Source: Candidatus Binatia bacterium (GTDB lineage Bacteria; Desulfobacterota; Binatia; Bin18). From it: a stretch of DNA of 64,000 nt. The stretch is taken from NCBI GenBank assembly GCA_963664395.2, contig OY761159.2, positions 1,888,001 through 1,952,000 of the forward strand, given 5' to 3'. Numbering within the stretch: position 1 is the first letter of the stretch; each line of letters begins with the position of its first letter. The notes beneath the pieces were generated by a model. The model saw only the letters and a program-made list of their open reading frames with translations. It ran no database searches and had not been told where the DNA came from. This document shows, one piece after another, positions 9,419-20,000 of the stretch. The translations under genes were made by a program, and so were the position numbers.

Positions 9419-10165
9419 CTAATCAGCTTGAGGCTTGAAGCCGCCAAAAACCGCAAAATTCAGAAACTTCCAATAGCAGTCCACAATCGTGAAGCCGGCC
9501 TCTCGCCACCAGTTCAGCTGAGGCTCCAGCGGAGCGATGTGGCTACTCTGTCCCTTGGGACGCTGCATGGCAATCCGTACCTGGCGAATTTCTTCGAGCG
9601 AGTGCAGCTCTCCAGTCTGTTCCTGGACCTGCTGCTGAATCACTCGATCCGCCAACGGCGTAAACTGGTCGCGTAATGCAGGGTCGCCGGCAACTACATC
9701 ATTATTGAGGAATATGCCGCCAGGCTGGAGCAGGTCGAACACCTCAGCACAAAGCGTTCGCTTGCGGTCGTCGGTCAGGTGATGCAGCGCAATAGCTGAG
9801 ACTGCGGCATGAAACGGTCCGGGCAGATCGGCATGCCAGGTGGGATCAGCCAGATCGCGCAGAAAAAGTTCGACTTGCGCGCCATACTTGCTGAGGCGGG
9901 GCTCAGCATGCTCGTGCATAGCGGTCGAGCCGTCAACCCAGGTGACTGTTGCGTGTGGATAATAAGAGAGAATCGTCTCTGTGACCGCACCATAGCCTGC
10001 GCCTAAATCGAGCACACGGATCGGTTCATCGGTTGGCCAGGGAAAGAGATCAACTAAGGTATTGAGCTGCTCAAAACGCTTAGGAATCAGGAGCGCGCTC
10101 CGCTGTACAAAATAGTCAACTTTGTCTTGGTCTCCCCAGCCACACAGGGTATCAGGCTCGGCCAT
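9419..10165 (-). CDS. Class I SAM-dependent methyltransferase
   Basis: VLDLGAGYG, ALHH, LQPGG. Confidence 0.88.
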   Translation of the reverse strand: MAEPDTLCGWGDQDKVDYFVQRSALLIPKRFEQLNTLVDLFPWPTDEPIRVLDLGAGYGAVTETILSYYPHATVTWVDGSTAMHEHAEPRLSKYGAQVELFLRDLADPTWHADLPGPFHAAVSAIALHHLTDDRKRTLCAEVFDLLQPGGIFLNNDVVAGDPALRDQFTPLADRVIQQQVQEQTGELHSLEEIRQVRIAMQRPKGQSSHIAPLEPQLNWWREAGFTIVDCYWKFLNFAVFGGFKPQAD

Positions 10166-10218
10166 TGGTGTTCCTCCAGGGTCATCTCGATTTTGTCATC
10201 AATGCGTAAGAACGGTTT

Positions 10219-10262
10219 GCGCAAGCTCCTCCAGCGCAAGCTCCTCCAGCGCAAGCTCCTCC
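10219..10262. repeat. 15-bp tandem repeat x3 (GCGCAAGCTCCTCCA)
   Basis: Directly visible in the divergent intergenic region. Confidence 0.9.
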
Positions 10263-10354
10263 CTCATAAAGGTTCCGTTGCTCTGGGGTCAATCCTCTAG
10301 CTAATGTATCGCGTGAATCATTGAAGTGGTATGACGCGTACCAAGGAGGGAGCC

Positions 10355-12148
10355 ATGATCGTCCAAGCGCGCAAACAATACAAAGTCACTACTGAAGAGA
10401 ATGTTCCGATGAAAACACGGGATGGGATCACGCTGTACGCCGACGTGGTCCGACCGGACTCGGACGAGCGTTTCCCCGCCCTGCTGAGCCGCACCCCCTA
10501 TGGCAAAAAGGGCTCCGCCGACCCTAATGGTCTCAACGCCTCGTATGCGCAGTATGGCTATGTCTTTATTACCCAGGACTGTCGCGGCCGTTTCGAGTCC
10601 GAAGGAGAATACGACACCATCTTTCAGGAAGCTGCTGACGGCTACGATGCCGTCGAATGGGCCGCCCGCCTGCCGGGGTCGAACGGTCGGGTAGGGACGA
10701 CCGGCCAGTCCTATTTGGGGCTGACGCAGTATCTGATTGCCTGTAACGACCCCATGCCGCCGTCCCTCCAGTGCATGGCGCCGGTTTCAGCTTCGGCCGA
10801 CTATCATGCCAGTTGGATCTATCAGACCGGCGGGGTGTCAAAGTGGGGCTGGATGGTGCCGTATGCCATCTTCAAGGGCCTCGACACACTCAAGCGCCAG
10901 GGCCGCAGAGACCTGATGGAAAAGATGAAGGAGTATGTCGAAGGCGGCGAGTTGGCCGGCGTGCGGACGACCCGCTGGGGCCTGAACGCCTTCACCCCCC
11001 TGACAGACGAATGGTATCGTCACCTGCCGATCAAAGACTGGGGTGAATTGCTCAAAGAAACCGCTCCGTATATGGCCGATCACATCGCCCATGCCGACGA
11101 TGGCGAGTACTGGTATCGGGCCAATGTGAACCGCTTTGCTGAGACGATCAGTACGCCAATGCTGCATGTCACCTCGTGGTACGATACGTTTGCCGAGGGT
11201 GGGCCAGCCGCTTATCAGAGCATCACTCGTAAAAGTCAGTTTGAGGTAGCCCGAGCCGGCCAACGGCTGATCATCGGACCGTGGGGTCATCTCTTACCCT
11301 ATACGACGCCGACTTCACGCGGTGCAGGTGATATCGATTTTGGTCCGAATGCCTTGATCGACCTGAGTGCAACCTTGCTGCGCTGGTTCGATTATTGGCT
11401 CAAAGACGTAGACAACGGGATTATGGACGAGCCGCCAGTCAGCATCTTCACTCTGGGTGAAAACCGCTGGCAGCAGCTGTCCGACTGGCCCCCACCGAAT
11501 ATACGTCAGGTACGGTACTTCCTGCACAGCGACGGCGGGGCAAACACTCTCAATGGTAACGGGAGCCTCTCAACCGTGCCGCCCGGCCAAGAGCAGGCAG
11601 ACGGCTATGTGTATGATCCCGACAATCCAACTCCATCACTGGGCGGCAATAATCTGACCGTCGATATGGGCGTGCAGGATCAGCGCCCGGTCGAAGAGCG
11701 CCGCGATGTCCTGGTCTATACCTCCGAACCATTCACTCAAGTGCTGGAAATCACCGGACCGGTGTCGGTCACGTTGTGGGCGGCGTCCTCAGCCGTTGAT
11801 ACGGACTTTACGGCCAAGCTCGTTGACGTCCATCCGGACGGCTATGCGCAGAATCTGCTCAATGGCATCATCCGCGCCCGCTATCGGGACTCGGCGACCA
11901 CGCCCGAACTGATGGAAGCGAACAAGCCGTATCAGTTTGCGATTGATTTATGGGAGACGAGCAACGTTTTTCTGCCGGGTCACCGCCTCCGTCTGGAAAT
12001 CAGTTCCAGCCATTTCCCGGAGTTCGACCGCAACCTGAACACGGGCGAGCCGTTTGGCGAGGGAACGCAGGGGGTGGCAGCCCAGCAGACGGTATTCCAT
12101 CAGGAGGACCGGGCGTCCTTTGTCCTGCTGCCGGTGATTCCCCGATAG
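10355..12148 (+). CDS. CocE/NonD family hydrolase
   Basis: RTPY, DCRGR, GQSYLG nucleophile elbow, GPWGH, C-terminal PepX-like domain. Confidence 0.92.
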   Translation: MIVQARKQYKVTTEENVPMKTRDGITLYADVVRPDSDERFPALLSRTPYGKKGSADPNGLNASYAQYGYVFITQDCRGRFESEGEYDTIFQEAADGYDAVEWAARLPGSNGRVGTTGQSYLGLTQYLIACNDPMPPSLQCMAPVSASADYHASWIYQTGGVSKWGWMVPYAIFKGLDTLKRQGRRDLMEKMKEYVEGGELAGVRTTRWGLNAFTPLTDEWYRHLPIKDWGELLKETAPYMADHIAHADDGEYWYRANVNRFAETISTPMLHVTSWYDTFAEGGPAAYQSITRKSQFEVARAGQRLIIGPWGHLLPYTTPTSRGAGDIDFGPNALIDLSATLLRWFDYWLKDVDNGIMDEPPVSIFTLGENRWQQLSDWPPPNIRQVRYFLHSDGGANTLNGNGSLSTVPPGQEQADGYVYDPDNPTPSLGGNNLTVDMGVQDQRPVEERRDVLVYTSEPFTQVLEITGPVSVTLWAASSAVDTDFTAKLVDVHPDGYAQNLLNGIIRARYRDSATTPELMEANKPYQFAIDLWETSNVFLPGHRLRLEISSSHFPEFDRNLNTGEPFGEGTQGVAAQQTVFHQEDRASFVLLPVIPR

Positions 12149-12198
12149 AAAACTGGATAGCGCGAAACGAATAAGTGAAAAACGGGAGTGAACGAACC

Positions 12199-13293
12199 AT
12201 GCGGGCCTTGGTTATCGGCGGGACCGGACCGACCGGTCACTTTGTCGTGAATGGATTGATTGCGCGCGGATTCGAGGTGTCCATCCTGCACACGGGTAAG
12301 CACGAAGTGGCTGAGATTCCCGCATCCGTGGTCCACATTCATACCAACCCGTTCGATGAGCAGGCGTTGATTGACGCTCTCGGAAATTCCCATTTTGACG
12401 TAACCCTGGCCATGTACGGCCGTTTACGGCGGGTGGCCGAGATTATGGTTGGCCGGACGGAGCGGTTTATTTCGGTCGGTGGAGGCCCGGCCTACCGGGG
12501 CTTTATGAACGCGGATATGGTCCATCCGCCGGGGCTGCCCGTCCCCGTTGGGGAGGACGCGGTCAAGACGGCGAGCGAAGCAGAGGATGGCAAAGGCTAC
12601 CGGGTATATCGCTCGGAAGAAGTGGTTTTCAAACACCACCCGAACGCCACGCATTTTCGGTACCCACAAATCTATGGCGCCTATCAAGTCGTGCCGCGCG
12701 AATGGCCCATTGTCCGCCGCATCCTGGACCAGCGGCCTTTCATCATCCTCCCGGACGACGGCTTATCGCTGAACCACTCCGGCGCTGCGGCCAACGCCGC
12801 TCACGCCCTGCTGTTGGCCGTGGATCAACCCGAGGTTGCCGCCGGGCAGGTGTATAACTGTGGCGACGCTCATGTCTTAACCCTAAAGCAAGTCGTGCAA
12901 CTATGTGCCGAAGCGCTCGGTTACGAGTGGGAGATTATTTCGATGCCGTATGAGCTGGCCGTCAGCGCCAGACCGTTACTCTCACAACCCTGGACGACTC
13001 ACCGGATGTTTGATCTGACCAAAATCAAATCAGAGCTCGGCTATCGGGATATTGTCCCGCCGGTTGAGGGGATCAAACAGGCGGCGGTCTGGCTACGTGA
13101 CCATCCATTAGCATATGGGGGGCGGGAGGAAACGATGCTGCAAGATCCGTTTGACTATGCGGCTGAGGATCGCCTGGTCGCCGCCTGGACGCGGGCGGTG
13201 CATTCGATTCCGAAAGATTTGTTCCGGCAAGAGCCGGGCTATACCGCATCCTATAGCGGACCGGGCGGCTCTCAGCGTAAAGGCAGTTGGTGA
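12199..13293 (+). CDS. NAD-dependent epimerase/dehydratase family protein
   Basis: ALVIGGTGPTG Rossmann motif, RYPQIYG. Confidence 0.8.
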   Translation: MRALVIGGTGPTGHFVVNGLIARGFEVSILHTGKHEVAEIPASVVHIHTNPFDEQALIDALGNSHFDVTLAMYGRLRRVAEIMVGRTERFISVGGGPAYRGFMNADMVHPPGLPVPVGEDAVKTASEAEDGKGYRVYRSEEVVFKHHPNATHFRYPQIYGAYQVVPREWPIVRRILDQRPFIILPDDGLSLNHSGAAANAAHALLLAVDQPEVAAGQVYNCGDAHVLTLKQVVQLCAEALGYEWEIISMPYELAVSARPLLSQPWTTHRMFDLTKIKSELGYRDIVPPVEGIKQAAVWLRDHPLAYGGREETMLQDPFDYAAEDRLVAAWTRAVHSIPKDLFRQEPGYTASYSGPGGSQRKGSW

Positions 13294-13318
13294 GAACGGG
13301 CGCGCCCGGCGAGACTTC

Positions 13319-14941
13319 CTATTCTGCATCCGGGAGGGACCAGGGCACGGCTGCCCAGGTGGGATGGGTCCAACCGTCGAGATCATAGTGGCTCATACAC
13401 TCGTCGACCATCGCTTTCATCGAGGCATTCAGACCCGAATGCTCGGCTGCCTGATAGGTCTCGACCCGATTCGCTTCATACCCGCCGGCGAAGTTACGCT
13501 CGTGAGCCTCTGTGCGGCCGGCGAACTCGGTCAGAAATAAATCCCAGATGACGCGCAGGAGTTTCACCCGTTCCTCCGCTGTTGCGGTGGCCCCTTTCCA
13601 GTAGCGGTCGAGCAACGGACGAGTGGCCGGGTTCTTGAAATCACGGGCCGAGGAGGGGATCTGGATCAGGTTGCCGGACAGCAGGTTCTGGAACATGGTC
13701 CGCGCCTTAGTGAAAGTATCGCCGTAAATGTTCCGCCATTGGAGCGCATACTCGGTCTTCGGCAGCAGATAGCCTCCCGGTCCGGGCTCGGCATCCGCCG
13801 CCATTGCCGTGGACAGCGCCCAGATGTTGTGCCGCATGCCGAGTAACTCACCGATCACCGCCTGCACCTCGCGGAAGCCGGTCTTCTGCTGCATCTCTGT
13901 CGCCTGGAGGAGTAAGCCACAAATGAAGTCGAGCTTGACCGCCGTCCGGGCCGCGGCGTGGAAGGCAAACCGCTGAGCAAAACCACGCGGGAAGAGGCCG
14001 TTCACAACCGCGGGATTACGGTACACGGTTACGTCTTCCCAGGGGATAAATACGTCGTCGAGTACGATGCTCAGGTCGGACTCGTCAAACCGGCTGGAGA
14101 GCGGATAGTCAAAGGGGGAGCCGATCTTTTTGGCCAGATGTTCGTAGGAATACCGCCCCATGAAGGTGAGGCCGGGAGCAGTGAAGGGCACGAAGAATCC
14201 GATCGCAAAGTCCTCTTCGCCCTCAACCAGCCCAGCCGGCTGGACATACTGACTCATATAAGTGACATGGCTGAAGGCAGCCCCGGTGGAGACCATGCGC
14301 GCCCCACGCACGACAATGCCATCGTCGCGCTCTTTCACGACGTGCATATAGACATCGCGCTGCTCGGCCGGTGGCTTTGAACGGTCGCCGGCCGGATTGA
14401 CCAAGCTCAGATTGACGAACATGACCTCGTCGGCGATCTTCTCATACCAACGCTGCACGTTCGGACCGTACTCACCATAAAAGTCCACATCGCCGGCCAA
14501 GGTCCCAACCAACGCCGCCTTATAGTCAGGGCCGCGCGACAGCGTGCCCCAACTCAAGCGGGCCCACTCGGCGATGGCATCCCGGGCCTCGAACAGGTCT
14601 TGATGCGTCCGGGGGAGTTTATAGAACTTGTGTGAACGCGCCCCCCGCTCCGTCACATACGTCAAAAGGTCATGCTTCTCCGGGTCGTGGAGCGTGTCAT
14701 ACATGCGGGCATACGAGCGGGCACTGGTGGCAAAGGCCGGATGGGTGGTGACATCCTTGACTAATTCACCATCGAAATAGATGACCCGCCCGTCACGCAG
14801 TCCTTCGAGGAATTCCTCGCCGGTCGGCGGCTCGCGGATGACCTGGGGCGCGGCAGCGTCAGACTGGGGTAAATCCTGACCGTTGCTGCTGGGATTGTCC
14901 TGGGGTGTCAAGAGCGGTGCATTGGGTGTCGATTCTTGCAT
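13319..14941 (-). CDS. 4-hydroxyphenylacetate 3-hydroxylase (HpaB)-family FADH2-dependent monooxygenase
   Basis: TGEEFLEGLRDGR, DVTTHPAF, RGPDYK, PFDYPLSSRFDESD. Confidence 0.9.
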   Translation of the reverse strand: MQESTPNAPLLTPQDNPSSNGQDLPQSDAAAPQVIREPPTGEEFLEGLRDGRVIYFDGELVKDVTTHPAFATSARSYARMYDTLHDPEKHDLLTYVTERGARSHKFYKLPRTHQDLFEARDAIAEWARLSWGTLSRGPDYKAALVGTLAGDVDFYGEYGPNVQRWYEKIADEVMFVNLSLVNPAGDRSKPPAEQRDVYMHVVKERDDGIVVRGARMVSTGAAFSHVTYMSQYVQPAGLVEGEEDFAIGFFVPFTAPGLTFMGRYSYEHLAKKIGSPFDYPLSSRFDESDLSIVLDDVFIPWEDVTVYRNPAVVNGLFPRGFAQRFAFHAAARTAVKLDFICGLLLQATEMQQKTGFREVQAVIGELLGMRHNIWALSTAMAADAEPGPGGYLLPKTEYALQWRNIYGDTFTKARTMFQNLLSGNLIQIPSSARDFKNPATRPLLDRYWKGATATAEERVKLLRVIWDLFLTEFAGRTEAHERNFAGGYEANRVETYQAAEHSGLNASMKAMVDECMSHYDLDGWTHPTWAAVPWSLPDAE

Positions 14942-14982
14942 GGCTTTCTCCTCTTGAGTCGATACGATGAGCGAATGGTGGT

Positions 14983-16122
14983 TCAGTAATCAGCCCGGAG
15001 CGTCCGCAGGTCTCCCATGGTTGCCCCATCCCAGTTTTTCCGACAGCCGAGCAGGGGCAATACACGCTCGCCAAAGGTCCGAATCCCGGCGACCCAGTCT
15101 GGCCAGCAGAACAACATGCCCTCAATATTACGGTCCTCGGCAATGCTGTCGATCTTTCGAGCGACCGTTTCATACGAACCGACAAGGACGGGCACATTCA
15201 TAAACACCATATTCCCGGTCTCAAGGTCCCCGGCCAGCAGGTCTGCATCGGTGCCGGCATTTTCATTCCGGAACTGGCCCGAGGTGCCACCCTTGACCGT
15301 ATCCAGACTCGCCGAGTAGACCAATGACTTGATGGCCTCTATATCGCCACCCGTTACAATATCCGAGGCGGTTTGCCAGGCCAGGTCTTCGGTTTCCGCG
15401 GCGACAATTTGAAACAAGCCGTAGGTGCCCACCCGCGTACCGTACTGTGCGCCGGCTTGCTTGAGGCCGGAGGCGATCGTATGCAACCGTTCGGGTGCGA
15501 CCATCGCAAAACTGTGTCCACCAATCTGAGAGACAAAATCCTGTCCGGCGCCCGACTGCCCTGCGGAGACCAGGGGAATCTCGTGGGTGGGAGTGGGCAA
15601 ACACTGACAGTCGTCCAGATCAAAGTAGGCGCTGTGGTGGGTCATGCTCCCGTCCCTCCACAAGGTCCGCAGCACGTGGACGTAGTCGAGCGCATACGCA
15701 TAGCGTTGCGCGTAATACGCATCCCCGCGCCACAGACCCATCTGGGCATACTCAGGCTTATTCCAGCCCGTGACAATATTGAGCCCGACCCGACCACCAC
15801 TGATATCGTCCAGGGTTGCCATGGTGCGCGCCACATACGCAGGGTGAAGCGCCAGGAGAGAGGCGGTCGGAATCAAGCCAATCCGCCGCGTTACCGTGGC
15901 TAAGGCTGAGGTCAGTGAAAACGACTCCAGGCAGCCATCCCAATAGCCCGTCTCGCCACCGAACCCACGAAATTTCATCATCGATAAGACGAAATCGAAT
16001 CCGAGACGCTCTGCTTCAAGAGTAATATCTCTGTTCAGCTCCCAGGTTGGCATATACGGCGGAATCGTCTTGCTCATGATATAGCCATTGCTGCCGTTAG
16101 GCAGAAAGACCCCAAACTTCAT
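14983..16122 (-). CDS. RutA-like LLM monooxygenase
   Basis: GVFLPNGSNGY...YMPTWELN...SMMKFRGFGGETGYWD closely follows the RutA N-terminus; AGQS. Confidence 0.8.
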   Translation of the reverse strand: MKFGVFLPNGSNGYIMSKTIPPYMPTWELNRDITLEAERLGFDFVLSMMKFRGFGGETGYWDGCLESFSLTSALATVTRRIGLIPTASLLALHPAYVARTMATLDDISGGRVGLNIVTGWNKPEYAQMGLWRGDAYYAQRYAYALDYVHVLRTLWRDGSMTHHSAYFDLDDCQCLPTPTHEIPLVSAGQSGAGQDFVSQIGGHSFAMVAPERLHTIASGLKQAGAQYGTRVGTYGLFQIVAAETEDLAWQTASDIVTGGDIEAIKSLVYSASLDTVKGGTSGQFRNENAGTDADLLAGDLETGNMVFMNVPVLVGSYETVARKIDSIAEDRNIEGMLFCWPDWVAGIRTFGERVLPLLGCRKNWDGATMGDLRTLRADY

Positions 16123-16305
16123 AGGATTCCTCCGTTAGAAGAACGTTGGCCCAACCCGAATCGGTCTGAGCGACACCTTTGCCCGAGCGCGGTTCTACCT
16201 CACCCCATGCCGCCTTAGTTCTCCCCCCATAGCATCCTGCCCGGCCCTGTCAACATTGCGGAGATGGGGATTGGCACATGTAATATGGTATGTGACAGTT
16301 GACGG

Positions 16306-16573
16306 ATCGCCATCAAATACAAGGGCCTGCGGACATTTTTCGAGCGAGGGGACGCACGCCACCACGGACTTGGTTCCACGGATTCGGCGCATCCTGTCGG
16401 ACCTGGACGCGGCAGTAGGGCCGAGGGACCTGGATATGCCCGGCTATCGGCTCCACCGGCTGACAGGCGACCGGCGCGGCTACTGGAGCGTGCGCGTCTC
16501 TGGGAACTGGCGCATTGTCTTCCGCTTTGTGAATGGCGAGGTCGCAGACGTAGACCTGCTCGATTACCACTAG
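16306..16573 (+). pseudogene. higB: HigB (RelE/ParE-family) toxin, frameshifted
   Basis: C-terminal PGYRLHRLTGDRRGYWSVRVSGNWRIVFRF...DYH; the conserved N-terminal KYKGLRTFFERGD lies in another frame and is preceded by TGA. Confidence 0.75.
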
Positions 16574-16602
16574 GGTTTACCTATCTGAAGAGGAGACGAC
16601 TC

Positions 16603-16878
16603 ATGGCGACGATGTACGACCCCGCGCACCCTGGCGAAAGCCTGCGGGACGCAATGGCGGCAGCAGGCTGGACCGTGACCGAGACGGCCGCCAAGCTTGG
16701 CTGCACACGGCAAACGTTCTCGCGGCTGCTGAACGGTCGCACCGGCGTCTCGCCGGCGATGGCGTTGGCTTTGGCGTTGGAACGCATCGGGTGGAGCAAT
16801 GCCGCATTCTGGGTCCGACGCCAGGCGCAGTACGACTTGGCCCAAGAGCGGTTACGTCAGGAGAGGGCGGCCGCGTGA
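16603..16878 (+). CDS. higA: HigA family antitoxin
   Basis: PAHPGE, XRE HTH, SPAMAL, FW.RRQAQYDL. Confidence 0.9.
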   Translation: MATMYDPAHPGESLRDAMAAAGWTVTETAAKLGCTRQTFSRLLNGRTGVSPAMALALALERIGWSNAAFWVRRQAQYDLAQERLRQERAAA

Positions 16879-16879
16879 C

Positions 16880-16972
16880 GGGGAGGGCGAGTCGAGGACG
16901 CTACATATAGTGGCAGGACTTCCTCGCCGACTTTCCGGATGGCGCGTTTGACTTCTTCAATCGTCAGCAGCC
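16880..16972. repeat. Left copy of ~95-bp direct repeat (displaced LLM gene 3' end)
   Basis: Matches 25705-25801 and includes a 44-bp identical core (16912-16955 = 25741-25784). Confidence 0.92.
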
Positions 16973-17002
16973 ATTCGCCCCTACTCCGCCCGCCGTGTCC
17001 GC

Positions 17003-20000
17003 TCACTCCACGTCCGTAATGACAAAATTCTGACTATTCTGCTGCCATTCCAACAGCACGCTCTGCCCCAAGCGGGGAAAGTCGTCCGCCATACACTCCC
17101 CCTCGGCTCCCCGTAGAAACTCCTGCCCCAAGGTCGTCACCTGTACTGTGGCCCGGCCTAACTCGATGTTGTCCACGAAGGCCACGACTGCATGCTCCCC
17201 CTCCCCCAACAGATTCCAGTTGAACAAGAGGCCAAACCCGTTGTCCGTATCCCCACAGACTCCGGCTGTATCTAACCGCTCCGTCCCATACGCCGCCACT
17301 TGCCGCCCGGCGGTCCCAATCGCAAGCTCGACCGTGTCTGCGTCACACACCCAACCCGAGAGCACCCGGACCCCACTCTGAAAGGAGTTATGACCCGGAT
17401 TCTCCAGAAACCCGGTCAGCCCACTCGTCCGGCCCGTGGTGGCCCCAGCCGGGGGATTCCCGCCCGCAATGACGAAGTTCTGGCTATTCTGCTGCCACTC
17501 CAAGGTCACGCGCGCGCCCAGGGTCGGGAAGTCCTCGGCCTCGCACGTCCCCGTCACATCCCGCAGAAACTCCTGTCCCAGTGTCGTCACCGCCACCGTG
17601 GCCCGGCCGAGTTCCACGCCATCCACGAAGGCCACCACCGTGTGCTCTCCATTGCTCAGCAGATTCCAGTTGAACAATAAACCAAAGCCATTGTCCGTGT
17701 CCCCACATACCCCTGCGGTGTCTAACCGCTCCGTCCCATACGCCGCCTCCTGCGGCACCCCATTCAACTCGATCTCCACCACCGCCGCCTCACACACCCA
17801 GCCTGAGAGAATGCCGACGCCGCTCTGGAAGGAGTCCGGCCCTGGGTTCTCCAGATAGCCCCGCACGAAGGTGACGACTATGTCGTACACCCCGGTCGCC
17901 CCGCCCTGCCCCTGCACGGCCACCACGACTGGCCCGGCCTGCACGCGGGCGCCAAGCCGGGTGGCCTGCCCACTGCCGTCCAGAGTGCCGGTCTCCAAGA
18001 CTGTCCCGTCCTGCCAGATCGTGCCTCGGGTGGTGATCCCCCTAGTGGTGTCCACAAAGAGGAGGCCCCGACCGGGGACGGTGACGGTAAAATAATCCAC
18101 GTCGGCGGCCGGACAGATGGCCCCAGCAGTCACGGCAGACAGCACAATGTCAGTGGCTTGCGCGGTGGTGTTGCCGTGTACGTCGTCCGCACAGGCGGGA
18201 GCACCACCACCGCCACCACCGCCACCGCCGCCACCACCGCCGCCGCCGCGCCGAGGCGGGGGGAGCTGGTCCGAGACCAACGCCTCCGAGACCTGCATCA
18301 CTTCCTTGTTTATCGTCCCGTCGCTGTCGGTATAGGTCGCCGTGGCCCGCAGGTAGTAGTCCCGGTCGGCGTCCACCGGGGTGTAAGTCGCCGTCGTGAT
18401 CAGGGCGCAGTCGATCTGTAGCGTACTGGGATCGGCCGGGGGAAAGTCACGGTACAGGGACCGCTCCCAGCACCAGGCGGTGACCACACCCACCCCGTCC
18501 GGGTCGGCCAGCCTCGCGGTGAACTGCGCCCCGATCTGAGGCGGCGACGAGGGCAGATTGACCCGGCCCAAGGCATCCTCCACCGTGACGGTGACTTCCA
18601 GCCCGGGGCCGGTGAGCGTCTCGCCGGGCAGGCTCGTGGTGTCGGCGGCTTCGATCGTCACGGTGTAGACGTTGTCCTCCCCAACATCTCGCGGCCGCTC
18701 AAAGTCGGGCGGCGGATCGAAGCCCAGTACCCCGTTCCGGTCGATGGAGAAATGGGCACCATCCGGCCCAGTCACCGACCACGCCAGCCGGACAGTGGCC
18801 GGGTTCGTCGCCGTGTACGTGGCCACCGGCTGCGTCCCGCGCTCGGTGTAACTGACTGCGTCGAGCCCACTCACCTCGGGCGGGTCGTCATCAGTGATCG
18901 TCAACGTCGTGGCCTCCAGTCGGCCCACTCCCTGGGCGTTGTCCACGCGCCCCGTCACGGTGACTCGCTTGTCCTGGGCGTCCACGTCGTTATCCACCGC
19001 CGTGAGCGTGCTAGTCGAGCTGGTCGTGTCCCCCGGCGCAATCGTCAGCGGGTTGGGGCTCAGCCGGAAGTCGTCCAGCGTCGCCGTTATGGTGACCTCG
19101 GTCGTCGCGCTCGACGTTCCATTCAGCAGGCGCGCGGTCAACGTGGTCGTGCCGCCGTCTTCACGAATCCGCGGGGGCACCACCGCCACCTCCAGCCGTA
19201 CCGTCGGTGGGTTGTCATTGTCTTCGATAGTCACCGTCACGGGCGCCGGCGTCACCGTCAGCCCCGCCGCTGTGGTGCTGCCGCGCACCGTCACGGTCTT
19301 GTCCGGCTCATCTATCGTGTCGTTCTGCGGCGTCAGGGCGAAGGACGCCGTCCCGCTCTTCTGGTTCGCTGGAATCGTCAGGGTGAAGGTCGTCGGGTCT
19401 GCGGTGAAGTCCGTGCCCTGCGTGGCCGTGCCGGGCGAGACCTCTACACTCACGGCGGTTTCATCCGTACGCGGCACTCCATTGAGCGTGCCCGTCACCG
19501 TCACGGTGGTCCGTCCCGCCTCCTCCGCAACCATCGCCCGGTTCACCGTCAGCACCACCTCGTCGGACTCCGCCTCATCATCTTCGACCGTTACGGCCAC
19601 GTCGGCCGCGGTCTCCCCGGCGTAGTCCCCGCCACTCACCGTATGCGTGATCGTCGCCGACTCGTCCGCGACATCGGTCGGATCGGTCTCGTCCTGCGCC
19701 GTCACGGTCACCCGTTGCGACCGATCCCAGTTCCCCGTCCCGAAGCTCAGGCTGGGCGGCGACACGCGCACGTCCGTATCTGATGTCGCCGTCCTCATGA
19801 CCGTCACCGTCACCGGCGCTATCGGCTCGGAGGTCAACACCACCTCATAGGTCTTGGACGCACCTTCGTTCACACTCAGCTCCGTCGGGGTGACCGTCAC
19901 CCCACGGGTGTCGTCGTCCGTGATCGTCAGCGTCACCGGGTCTGGGGCCTTCACCAGGGCATTGGGCGGCACTGTCCCCGTCACGGTCACCTCTTTGGTC

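Noticed and set aside
17003-17860. DGR template/variable repeat pair
   Set aside because: Both copies are coding within one gene, differences are not adenine-specific, and there is no reverse transcriptase
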